Shown: positions 20,021 to 29,346 of the stretch, piece after piece
How positions within the stretch are numbered: the stretch's first letter is position 1
How the letters are laid out: each line of letters starts with the position of its first letter
DNA from: Alphaproteobacteria bacterium
Lineage (GTDB): Bacteria; Pseudomonadota; Alphaproteobacteria; UBA828
NCBI GenBank assembly: GCA_963422645.2
Contig: CAXXVO010000009.1
Span: 96,001-160,000 of the forward strand
DNA length: 64,000 nucleotides
Direction: 5' to 3'
The notes under the pieces: generated by a model
What the model was told of the DNA's origin: nothing
What the model saw: only the letters and a program-made list of their open reading frames with translations
The model's database searches: none
Translations under genes and position numbers: made by a program

Positions 20021-22060
20021 TCAAGCCTGGCGCGCGATCTCGCCGATCAAAATATTTCCGTAGCGGTCGATCCGCACCGCCTGTCCGGGGCGGATGACGG
20101 TGACCGAGGCGGGCTCCTCGATCAGCGCCGGGCCTTCGAAGCGGTGGCCCTCCCGGAGTGCCGCACGATCGTGGACCGGAGTCTCCTGCCAGCCTTCCTC
20201 GAAGAGCACCCGCCGCGTCGCGACCGGCGCGGGCGCGCCCTCGGCCTGGCCGACTTCGGCGAGCCGCAGCTTGTCGGTCATCGAGACCGCCGTGACCTTG
20301 ACCGAGGTCATCTCGATCTTCTCGCCCGGGATATCGAAATTGAAGCGCTCGCGGTGGGCCCGGTGGAAGGCTTCCCACACCACCGGCAGCGTGTCCTCGT
20401 CGAAGCGGTCGAAGGCGATGGGCACATCGAGCTCGTGATTCTGCCCGAGGTAGCGCATCTCCAGCGACCGGAGGACCTCGATGTTCTCCGTGTAGCCCTG
20501 CTCCTCGAGCGCGGCGACACTCTCGCGGATTAGATCCGAGAGCACGCGATTGGCGTGGTCCTGATCGAAGGCCGCCGAGGTCATCTGCGCCGTCCGCTCC
20601 AGGTCGACCCGCGCGTCGGTCATCAGGAAGCCGAAGGCCGAGAACTGGCCGGGGTGGTTGGGCACGATGCCGCTCGGGATATTGGCGTGGACCATGAGGT
20701 CGGCGACGTGAACCGGGCCCGCGCCGCCGAAGGCGAGCAGGGTGAAGTCGCGCGGGTCGAGGCCGCGTTCGGTCAGCACCGAGCGAAGCGCGCCGATCAT
20801 GTTGTTGTTGGCGATCTGCACCATGGCGAGCGCGGTCTCCTCGACCGGCTTGTCGATCGCGCCTGCGACCCTGTCGATCGCCGCCGCCGCCGCGTCTGAG
20901 TCGAGCGCCATGGCGCCGCCGAGGAAGTTCGCAGGGTTGATGCGGCCGAGCACGAGGTTGGCGTCGGTCGCGGTCGCCTGGGTGCCGCCGAGGCCGTAGC
21001 AGGCGGGCCCCGGGTTCGCGCCCGCGCTCTCGGGCCCCATACGCAGCATGCCGCCCTTGTCGATCCAGGCCAGCGAGCCGCCGCCCGCGCCCATGGTGCG
21101 GATGTCGATCATGGGAATCTGGATCGGCAGGCCGAACTCGATCTCGAAGCTCGTGGTGAAGCTCTCGTTGCCGCCGACCACGGTCGAGACATCCGTCGAC
21201 GTGCCGCCCATATCGAGGGTGACGAGGTGATCGACGCCGACGCTGCGGGCGATCTGTTTGGCGCCCACCACTCCTCCGGTGGGACCGGAGAGGGTCATCT
21301 GGATGGGGTGGCGGGCGGCCTCCTCCAGGGTCATCTCGCCGCCGTTGGACTTGATCGCGGCAACCTGGCGGGTGATGCCCTTGTCGTCGAGCCGCGTCCG
21401 CATGGCGCCCAGATGGTGGCCCACGACGGGCTTGATATAGGCGTCGGTGATGGTGGTGGAGGAGCGTTCGAATTCCTTCCACTTGGGCAGCACCTCGTAA
21501 GAGATGCTGACCGGGATGTCGGGGCACACTTCGGCGAAGATTTCCTGCGCCCTGCGCTCATGGTCGGGCGTCACGAAGGAGAAGAGGAAGTTGATGGCGA
21601 CCGCCTCGACACGGCCGATGGCCTTGATTTCACGCGCGATGGCGCGGACGCGCTCGGTGTCCAGTTCCTGGTAAACCTCGCCCCGCGCCAGAATCCGCCC
21701 GTCCACCTCGTAGCAGTGGCGCCGCTTCACCAGCGGCTTGGCCTTGACCCAGGTGATGTCGTAGTGGCTCTTGCGCTTGCCGCGCTGGATGAAGGGGACG
21801 TCACGAAACCCGGTGGTGGTCAGGTAGGCGACCGTGGCGCCCTTGCGCTCCAGGATCGCGTTGGTCGCGATGGTGGTGCCGAAGCGGATATTGCCGATGG
21901 CGCCCACATCGCCGGAGCGGTCCAACCCGTCGATAATCCCGTCGATGGGATCGGCCGGGGTCGAGAGGGTCTTCCAGACGTCGACGGCCTGAGTGTCCGG
22001 ATCGTAGCGAACGAAGTCCGTGAAGGTTCCGCCCACGTCGATCCCGACCAAGTCGCTCAT
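20021..22060 (-). CDS. Hydantoinase A/oxoprolinase family subunit (ATP-binding)
   Basis: GIDVGGTFTD, GTTIATNAILERKG, DMGGTSTD, GPESAGANPGP, AFGGAGP. Confidence 0.93.
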   Translation of the reverse strand: MSDLVGIDVGGTFTDFVRYDPDTQAVDVWKTLSTPADPIDGIIDGLDRSGDVGAIGNIRFGTTIATNAILERKGATVAYLTTTGFRDVPFIQRGKRKSHYDITWVKAKPLVKRRHCYEVDGRILARGEVYQELDTERVRAIAREIKAIGRVEAVAINFLFSFVTPDHERRAQEIFAEVCPDIPVSISYEVLPKWKEFERSSTTITDAYIKPVVGHHLGAMRTRLDDKGITRQVAAIKSNGGEMTLEEAARHPIQMTLSGPTGGVVGAKQIARSVGVDHLVTLDMGGTSTDVSTVVGGNESFTTSFEIEFGLPIQIPMIDIRTMGAGGGSLAWIDKGGMLRMGPESAGANPGPACYGLGGTQATATDANLVLGRINPANFLGGAMALDSDAAAAAIDRVAGAIDKPVEETALAMVQIANNNMIGALRSVLTERGLDPRDFTLLAFGGAGPVHVADLMVHANIPSGIVPNHPGQFSAFGFLMTDARVDLERTAQMTSAAFDQDHANRVLSDLIRESVAALEEQGYTENIEVLRSLEMRYLGQNHELDVPIAFDRFDEDTLPVVWEAFHRAHRERFNFDIPGEKIEMTSVKVTAVSMTDKLRLAEVGQAEGAPAPVATRRVLFEEGWQETPVHDRAALREGHRFEGPALIEEPASVTVIRPGQAVRIDRYGNILIGEIARQA

Positions 22061-22117
22061 GGTGCCCTGCCCCGTCGGCCGGCGGGTTGATCGAATGCGT
22101 CGCGCGGTGCCGCGCGC

Positions 22118-22333
22118 TCAGCCGGTCTCGTGGATGCCCTGCTTCGGCAGCGGAATGCGCGGCTGCTCGACACCGTCGGCCCGCGCCGTGAACCACTGGA
22201 TGCACCAATCGGAGCAGAAGAGCTGATCCTTGCCCTTCACCGCGGCGGAGAGGCCCTCGTCATAGATGAGCACGCCGCAGTTGTCGCACTTCACGTAGCG
22301 TTCGATGTAATACCCGTTGTCCGAAAAGCGCAT
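22118..22333 (-). CDS. Small Cys-rich metal-binding protein (CxxC...FCSxxC)
   Basis: 71 aa: KCDNCG..QLFCSDWC; GGAGGG RBS; co-oriented directly upstream of hydantoinase A. Confidence 0.7.
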   Translation of the reverse strand: MRFSDNGYYIERYVKCDNCGVLIYDEGLSAAVKGKDQLFCSDWCIQWFTARADGVEQPRIPLPKQGIHETG

Positions 22334-22461
22334 GCCGTTTCCCTCCCGTCCGGCTCCTGCGGCCGGCCTCAGCAAGCGGCCGGAGTGTGGAGAGAAGGGG
22401 CGCGCGAGTCAACGGGGTGGCAGCTTGGTATACATGAGCGCACTCGATCGGGGAGACACCC

Positions 22462-22776
22462 ATGAGAGCGGCGACAAACCGGATTGCGACGCACCCAGGC
22501 GCTCTCTTGCGCGAACAAGTCAGCGAGATGGAACTTTCCGTTCATCGCATGGCGCGGGATATCGGCCTGCCGGCGACCCGCCTGCATGAGATCATCCACG
22601 AGCGGCGCGGCGTGAGTGCCGAGACCGCAATCGCGCTGGGAACGTATTTCGGTCAGAGCCCGGAGTTCTGGATGAACGCCCAGAAGACCTTCGAACTCTC
22701 CAAGGCTCTGGTCGAGAACGGCCCGGCGATACGCGCACGGGTGCGTCCGCACACCGTGAACCAGGCGGCCCCCTGA
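22462..22776 (+). CDS. higA: HigA-family antitoxin (no adjacent toxin)
   Basis: THPGALLRE, RLHEIIHERRGVSAETAIALG.YFGQSPEFWMNAQ. Confidence 0.9.
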   Translation: MRAATNRIATHPGALLREQVSEMELSVHRMARDIGLPATRLHEIIHERRGVSAETAIALGTYFGQSPEFWMNAQKTFELSKALVENGPAIRARVRPHTVNQAAP

Positions 22777-22801
22777 AGCGCTGCAGCCTCTGGCGAGTGG
22801 C

Positions 22802-25800
22802 TTATTCCGCCGCCTCGTCCGCGCCGGGGTCGTAGCCGTAGTCCCGCGCGGCCTCGGCCTCGCTCAGGTAGCCGCGGCTGAGGTCGGCGGCGACGCGCGA
22901 TCGTAGGCGGGTGCGCGGATCGCCGAGACCGCCGCCGCCGGGGGTTCGCACCTGCACCGTATCGCCCGGTGCCAGGTGATAGCCCTCGCCCTTGGAGAGA
23001 TGCGGCGGCTCCTCCACCACGTTGCCGCGGCGGACCTCGATGCGGTTGCATGCGCCCGGCAGGCCACCGGCGAGCCCGTGCGGGCCGGTGCGACCGTGAT
23101 CCATCATGAACGACGCCTTGGCCTCGCCCCTGAGCAGGCGCACACGGTAGCTCACGCCGAAGCCGCCCCGGTGCCGCCCGGCGCCGCCGGAGCCCTCGCG
23201 CAACGCATACTCCTCGAACAGGATGGGGTAGTGCTGCTCCAGGATTTCGGCCGGCTGGGTCTTGGAAATGCCGACGGACGAGCAGCCGTTGGTGAGTCCG
23301 TCATCCTCCCACCAGCCGCCGTAGCCGCCGCCCGAGAAGATGTACATGACATAGCGGCGCCCCTCGGCCGGGTCTTCGCCGCCAAGGCTGAAATTGCCGC
23401 TGGTGCCGGCGGGAGCCGCGAACATGCGCTCCGGCATGGCCTGGCCCATGGCGCCGAACACCGCCTCCATGATTCGCTGCGCCGTCTCCGCCGCGCAGCC
23501 GGAGACGGGCCGGGGATACTCGGCATAGAGGAAGGTGCCGTGCGGCGGCGGCACGGCGATGGGGCGGAAGCAGCCGGCGTTGATCGGCACGTCGGGGAAG
23601 ATGTGCTTGATCGCGCAGTAGACCGAGGCGAGCGTCGTCGCCCAGACCGAGTTGACCGGCCCTCGGCAGGGTGGGCTGGAGTCGGCGAAGTCCACCGCGA
23701 GGTCGCTGCCCCCCACTGTGACCCTGGCGCAGACTTCCAGCGGCGCATCGTCGACGCCGTCGGAATCCATGTAGCTGGAGAAGACGTACTCGCCGTCGGG
23801 GACGGACGCGATGTGAGCGCGCATCCGGCGCTCCGAGCGCTCCTTGAGCACTTCGATGGCGGCGTTCACGGTCTCCTCACCATGCTTGTCCAGCAGTTGG
23901 GTCAACCGCCGCTCGCCGACCGAAAGCGCGCCGATCTGGGCACGGATGTCGCCGATGCGCTCCTCCGGCACGCGGATGTTGGCGAGCACGATCTGCATGA
24001 TGTCGTCGTCGAGCACGCCGCGCCGGTGGAGCTTGACCGGCGGCAGCCTGAGCCCCTCCTGCTGGATCTCGGTCGCCTGGGAGGGGAAGCCGCCCGGCAC
24101 CATCCCACCGGTGTCGGGCCAGTGCCCGGTGTTGGAGAGATAGGCCCAGAGCCGGCCCCTGTAGAAGAAAGGCCGTACCATCTTGACGTCCATCAGATGA
24201 GTGCCACCGAAGTAGGGGTCGTTGACCATCACGATGTCGCCGGGCTCCAGATCGTCGCGCGCTTCGATCACCGCCTGGGTGGTGGACTGCATGACGCCGA
24301 GGAAGATCGGCAGGCCAAGCTCCCCCTGCGCGATGATCTGGCCGGTCCTGGGGTCGTAGAGCCCGTTGGAGCGGTCGAAGCCCTCCGAGATCACCGGCGA
24401 GAACGAGGTGCGCTGGTGCACCAGGTCCATCTCGCTCGCCACTTGCTGAAGGCCGCTCTCGATCACCGCCAGGGTGACCGGGTCGAATGCGCCGTCGGCG
24501 CTCGCCTGAACCTCCGCCGCAGCCTGGGGCACGGTGAGCACCAGGTTGCCGAGGGCGTCGGCACGGGCCTCGGAACCCGGCTCCACCAGGATCGTGGTGT
24601 CGAGTTGCTGGATGACCGCAGGCCCCGCGATCGTGGCGTCGGCCGGTAGCCGCTCGCGCCGATAGATGGGCGTCTCGACCCAGGCGCCGTCGAAGTAGAC
24701 CGGGCGGGTCTCGACCAGCGCGGTGTCCAGCGTCGCTCCGCTCTCGTCGGCCGCGAGCGTGAGGTCGAGGGGCGGGCGGATGCCGCGCACGGTGGTCCGC
24801 AGGTTGACCAGGATCGGCTGCATCTCCGGCAGCACGATGTCGAAGCGCTCGCGGTAGAGCGCCGCGAAGGCGTCGCGGACGGCCGCTGCGTCGAAGCCAG
24901 CGTCTGCCACCGACACGCGGAAGACGTGGCTCTGGCCGCGGTAGAAGAGGTCCGCCTCGTGCTCGACCTCGACTGATGCGACGGTCACCCCTTCCTGGGC
25001 GAGCAGCGCCCTGCCCTCCGCCCCCTGCTCCGCCAGGATGCGGTCGGCTGCCGCCGGGTCCACGTCCTCGAGCGGCTGGTGCAGGGTGCGCACGAAGTCG
25101 TGGCGCACGTCGGCCAGCACGCAGCCGAGCGCGGACGTGATGCCGGGGTAGCGCGGCACCAGAACATGGGGCACGCCGAGCTCGCGGGCGATGGCTGTCG
25201 CGTGCATCGGCCCCGCGCCGCCAAAGGCGAAGAGGGCGAAATCGCGCGGATCGTGCCCCTTGTCCACGGAGACCAGCCGCGCCGCGCCTGCCATCTGGTG
25301 GTCCACCACGCGCAGGATCGCGGCCGCCGCCTCCGCCTCGTCAAGACCGAGCGGGTCTGCGATCTTGTCGCGGACGATGCGGCGCAGCTCGCCGATGTCC
25401 GGCGGGCTCTCGAGGCCGCCGATGGCGCCCGGGTCGATGCGGCCAAGCAGCAGGTTGGCGTCGGTCACCGTGGGCTCCTGCCCGCCCCTGCCGTAGCAGA
25501 TCGGCCCCGGCGCCGCGCCGGCGCTCTCGGGCCCGACGCGCAGGATGCCGCCCTCATCGACCCGCGCGATGCTGCCGCCGCCGGCGCCAATGGTCTGGAT
25601 ATCCACCATCGGCACGCGGAGCGGCATGCCGTAGGCGATGTCCTTCTCCGTCGTCGTGGCCGGCACGCCGCCCTGCACGATGGCGATGTCGAAGCTGGTG
25701 CCGCCCATGTCGCAGCTGATGAGGTTGGGGAAGCCGGCGGCGGCGCCCAGGTGGGCGGCGGCGATGACGCCGGCGGCCGGCCCCGACATGACCGTCTGCA

Positions 25801-26569
25801 CTGCCTTCTCGCCGGCGATACCGGCGGTCATCATGCCGCCGTTGCCCTGCATCACCAGCAGCTCGGACTCGACCGCGCCGGCCTTGAGCCGGGCCGCGAT
25901 GCGCTCGAGATAGCGGGTCATGATCGGCTGGATGTAGCCGTTCAGCGCCGCGGTGCTTCCCCGCTCGAACTCCCGCACCTCGCGCAGGATGTCGGAACCC
26001 AGCGTGATGTGGACCTCGGGCCACACCTCGCGGGCAATCGCGCCGGCGCGCCGCTCGTGGTCAGGATTGAGATAGGCGTGGATGAAGTGGACGATCAGCG
26101 CCTCTGCGCCGGTCGCGCGCGCCGCCTCGACCGCCTCGCGCACCTCGTCTTCGTGGAGGGGGGGCACCACCGCGCCGGAGGCGTCGATCCTCTCCGCCAC
26201 CTCGAAGCGGCGCTCGCGCGGCACGATGGGCTCGAAGCTGCCGAACATGCCCCACGGGTTGGGTCGGGTACGCCGGCCGAGCTCGAGCGTATCGCGGAAT
26301 CCTTGTGTGGTGATGAGCGCGCAGCGCACGCCCTTGCGCTCCAGCACGGCGTTGGTGCCGACCGTGGTGCCGTGAACCACCGTCTCGAAGCCGCCCGCTG
26401 CCTCGCCGAGCGCGGCGAGACCCGCCATGAAGCCGTCAGACTGATCCGCCGGGGTCGAAGGCACCTTGGCGATGCGCATGCCGCCCGACGCCTGATCGAC
26501 CAGCAGCAGGTCTGTGAAGGTGCCGCCGACATCGACCCCGAGCCGGCCGCGGGCGGATGCCTGGCTCAT
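22802..26569 (-). CDS. Fused hydantoinase A+B / 5-oxoprolinase family enzyme
   Basis: 1255 aa with GVDVGGTFTD/DMGGTSFD and NDPYFGGTHLMD/TPGGGG motif sets. Confidence 0.93.
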   Translation of the reverse strand: MSQASARGRLGVDVGGTFTDLLLVDQASGGMRIAKVPSTPADQSDGFMAGLAALGEAAGGFETVVHGTTVGTNAVLERKGVRCALITTQGFRDTLELGRRTRPNPWGMFGSFEPIVPRERRFEVAERIDASGAVVPPLHEDEVREAVEAARATGAEALIVHFIHAYLNPDHERRAGAIAREVWPEVHITLGSDILREVREFERGSTAALNGYIQPIMTRYLERIAARLKAGAVESELLVMQGNGGMMTAGIAGEKAVQTVMSGPAAGVIAAAHLGAAAGFPNLISCDMGGTSFDIAIVQGGVPATTTEKDIAYGMPLRVPMVDIQTIGAGGGSIARVDEGGILRVGPESAGAAPGPICYGRGGQEPTVTDANLLLGRIDPGAIGGLESPPDIGELRRIVRDKIADPLGLDEAEAAAAILRVVDHQMAGAARLVSVDKGHDPRDFALFAFGGAGPMHATAIARELGVPHVLVPRYPGITSALGCVLADVRHDFVRTLHQPLEDVDPAAADRILAEQGAEGRALLAQEGVTVASVEVEHEADLFYRGQSHVFRVSVADAGFDAAAVRDAFAALYRERFDIVLPEMQPILVNLRTTVRGIRPPLDLTLAADESGATLDTALVETRPVYFDGAWVETPIYRRERLPADATIAGPAVIQQLDTTILVEPGSEARADALGNLVLTVPQAAAEVQASADGAFDPVTLAVIESGLQQVASEMDLVHQRTSFSPVISEGFDRSNGLYDPRTGQIIAQGELGLPIFLGVMQSTTQAVIEARDDLEPGDIVMVNDPYFGGTHLMDVKMVRPFFYRGRLWAYLSNTGHWPDTGGMVPGGFPSQATEIQQEGLRLPPVKLHRRGVLDDDIMQIVLANIRVPEERIGDIRAQIGALSVGERRLTQLLDKHGEETVNAAIEVLKERSERRMRAHIASVPDGEYVFSSYMDSDGVDDAPLEVCARVTVGGSDLAVDFADSSPPCRGPVNSVWATTLASVYCAIKHIFPDVPINAGCFRPIAVPPPHGTFLYAEYPRPVSGCAAETAQRIMEAVFGAMGQAMPERMFAAPAGTSGNFSLGGEDPAEGRRYVMYIFSGGGYGGWWEDDGLTNGCSSVGISKTQPAEILEQHYPILFEEYALREGSGGAGRHRGGFGVSYRVRLLRGEAKASFMMDHGRTGPHGLAGGLPGACNRIEVRRGNVVEEPPHLSKGEGYHLAPGDTVQVRTPGGGGLGDPRTRLRSRVAADLSRGYLSEAEAARDYGYDPGADEAAE

Positions 26570-27522
26570 GCGTCGCCGGCGGCGCCCGCATCGGGCGCCG
26601 GCAGTCCCATGCCCTCCAACGCATCGCGCATCAGCTCCAGCGCCATCCGCAGCAGGCGGTATGAAGCCTCGGCGGTCATGAAGGCTGCGTGGGGCGTCAG
26701 CGTCACGTTCTCCAGCGCCGCCAGAGGATGAGTCCCGTCGATCGGCTCGTCGGCGAAGACATCGAGACCGGCGGCGCGAATCTTGCCGGCCTGCATGGTC
26801 TCGATCAGGGCCGCCTCGTCGATGACCGCACCCCGCGCGGTGTTGATCAGCATGGCGCCGGGGCGCATCAGGGCGAGGCGGCGGGCATCGACGATGCCCT
26901 CGGTCTCGTCGTTGAGGCCGAGATGAAGCGAGACAACGTGGGATTCCGCGAGCAGCGCGTCGAGGGTCTCGACCGGAGTGCAGGCGAGGTCGGCGGGCAC
27001 GCCGCTACGGTTCCAGGCGATGACCTCCATGCCGATGCCGGCGCCGAGACGCACCATCTCGCGGCCGACTCCGCCGGTGCCGACGACGCCGAGGGTCTTG
27101 CCCGCGAACTCCACGCCGTCGAGCGTGCGCCAGGAGCCGGCGCGCAGCGCGCGGTCCATCCGCGCGGTCTGGCGGCCGCAATCGAACATCAGCGCGAGCG
27201 CGTGCTCGGCCACCGTGACGTCGCCGTAGCCCTTGATGGTGCGTACCTCGATGCCGAGTTTTTCGGCCGCCGCCACGTCGATGTAGCTCGATGCGCCGGT
27301 GCCCATGAAGACGATGACCTTCAGCGCGCGGCAGGCGGCCAGCACCTCCTCCGGCATGTAGGTGTGGTCGTTGATGACGCCGACCGCATCGCCGACGTAG
27401 GCCGCGACGTCGTCGCCCGGCACGTCGTCGATGGTCATGGCCAGGTCGGGAACGATGGCCTTGAGCTCCTCGTCGTAGAGCTCGGCCAGGAAGGAAGGAC
27501 AGTCGAAGAAGATCGCGCGCAC
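26566..27522 (-). CDS. D-isomer-specific 2-hydroxyacid dehydrogenase
   Basis: GVVGTGGVG, LINTARGAVID, GLDVFADEP, LTPHAA. Confidence 0.92.
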   Translation of the reverse strand: MRAIFFDCPSFLAELYDEELKAIVPDLAMTIDDVPGDDVAAYVGDAVGVINDHTYMPEEVLAACRALKVIVFMGTGASSYIDVAAAEKLGIEVRTIKGYGDVTVAEHALALMFDCGRQTARMDRALRAGSWRTLDGVEFAGKTLGVVGTGGVGREMVRLGAGIGMEVIAWNRSGVPADLACTPVETLDALLAESHVVSLHLGLNDETEGIVDARRLALMRPGAMLINTARGAVIDEAALIETMQAGKIRAAGLDVFADEPIDGTHPLAALENVTLTPHAAFMTAEASYRLLRMALELMRDALEGMGLPAPDAGAAGDA

Positions 27523-27603
27523 CGCTCGCCTCCAAGGATCGCTATGTACGGCCGATTGTAGCAGGCAGCGCGGCCACTCGCGTGGCCGGGCGTGCGGCGC
27601 CCT

Positions 27604-28620
27604 TCACGGCGTGCCCTCCGCTCGCCGTGGGGCCGCGACGCTTCGGCGCCGGGCGCCGGTGTTGACCAGCCAGATGCCGACCACCATGCAGGCCAGCGCC
27701 GCCCACACCCAGATGCTGAGCGTCTCGTCGAAGAGAATTAGCGCCCAGAAGATGCCGGCAGCGACCACCAGGTAGTTGAACTGGGCGAAGAACACCGCGC
27801 CGGCGCGCCGCGTCACCTCCTGGAAGCAGTAGAAGGTGATGCAGTGGATCGCCGCGACCCAGACCATGGCGCCGATGCCCTGCCATCCGGCGTCGGTGAA
27901 GAGATAGGGGCCGTCCGCAATCAGCATCACCGGCAGCATGCAGAGGGCGCCAACAAGCAGGATGCCGCAGGCGAGCGCGAGCGAATCCGTCTGCGGCGGG
28001 CGGTAGGCGGCGGCGACCACATTGGAGCCCGCAGCCGCGATCGCAGCCACCAGCGCCACCAGCATCCAGACCCAGGCGCCGGCTTCGGGCAGGGCCTGGT
28101 CGGGCAGCACGATCAGCAGCACGCCGCCCGCTCCGAGGGACAATCCCGCGAGGCTCAGCGCCTCGAAGCGCTCCATCCGTATGGCGAAGGACATCAGATA
28201 GGTGAGCCCCGGCACCAGGGTGAGCACCAGGGTGATCACGCCCGCCGGAAGCTCGCGCGCGGCAAAGGCGGTCGCGAGCACCGGCAACATCAATGCGAGC
28301 ACGGCCAGGCGGGCGTACTGCAGCAGGTGTGCGCGGCTCATCGGCGGCAGCTTGCCGGTCACGGCGCCCACGATCAGCAGCGCGAGACCGGCGAAGAGGG
28401 CGATCCAGAAGGTATAGGCGAAGACCGGGAAGGCGACCCCGGCCGCGAGCTTGTTGGCCGAGAAGATGCCGCCGTACGAGATGCCGCCAAGGAGGAGCAG
28501 CAGCGTCGGAACGATGAGCGCGCGCCCGCGCAGGCGCCCGGTATCGGCCGTGCCGGTCCCCGGCGCGACGCCTTGCGTGGCGTTCTTATTCTCTGGCGGC
28601 GCTGCCGGCATCGGCCGCAC
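27604..28620 (-). CDS. DMT/EamA family transporter
   Basis: About ten TM segments; FDETLS motif; start uncertain. Confidence 0.85.
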   Translation of the reverse strand: MRPMPAAPPENKNATQGVAPGTGTADTGRLRGRALIVPTLLLLLGGISYGGIFSANKLAAGVAFPVFAYTFWIALFAGLALLIVGAVTGKLPPMSRAHLLQYARLAVLALMLPVLATAFAARELPAGVITLVLTLVPGLTYLMSFAIRMERFEALSLAGLSLGAGGVLLIVLPDQALPEAGAWVWMLVALVAAIAAAGSNVVAAAYRPPQTDSLALACGILLVGALCMLPVMLIADGPYLFTDAGWQGIGAMVWVAAIHCITFYCFQEVTRRAGAVFFAQFNYLVVAAGIFWALILFDETLSIWVWAALACMVVGIWLVNTGARRRSVAAPRRAEGTP

Positions 28621-28709
28621 GGTAGCGGCCGGGCACGGGCCTTGGCAAACCCGTGCGGCGGGTCTACATCGTGGGAGATGGCGAATTCGTGGCTTTGAAG
28701 GCGCGAGCG

Positions 28710-28940
28710 ATGGCGGACCTGACAGTCCGAAACGTCAACCAGGAGCTGGTGGACGCCCTCAGGCGGCGTGCCGCTGCCAACGGTCGCTCCGTGGAGACAG
28801 AGCACCGGGAACTGCTAAGTGCGGCGCTATTGGGGGCGGAAAAGAACTTCGTGACGCGGGCCACCGCACTGCGGCAACGGCTGCATTCCTTGGTCGACAC
28901 CACCCATGTCATTCGCGCAGACCGGGACGGTGAGTCGTGA
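28710..28940 (+). CDS. FitA/Arc-like ribbon-helix-helix antitoxin or regulator
   Basis: MADLTVRNV..ELVDALRRRAAANGRSVETEHRELL. Confidence 0.85.
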   Translation: MADLTVRNVNQELVDALRRRAAANGRSVETEHRELLSAALLGAEKNFVTRATALRQRLHSLVDTTHVIRADRDGES

Positions 28941-29346
28941 TCACCTCACTCCACCTTTTGGATTTCAAGAACTTCGAAAGTGAGGCCCTGCGAGTCGGCC
29001 CGTTCACCTTAATCGTCGGGGCCAACGCCAGCGGCAAGAGCAACATCCGCGATGCCTTCCGCTTCCTCCATGGCATTGGACGGGGCTATACGCTCGCTGA
29101 GATCATCGGTGGAAAGCGCCTCGGCGGCGGGCTTGAATGGGAGTCGATCCGAGGTGCTCCCCGGGAAATTGCGAGAGTGGAGAACGGCGTCTTCGCTCTA
29201 GGTGCAAATGTAACGGTGGCAAACGTGTACTTAAAATGTAACTACCCAGGTACCCCGCCGCCAGTTCTGAGTGCGTGCTGATGTTGCTTGCCGTCGGTGC
29301 CGTTTCGCCGTCGGCGCGTCGTTGATCTCCGCTTGACTGTATAGGT

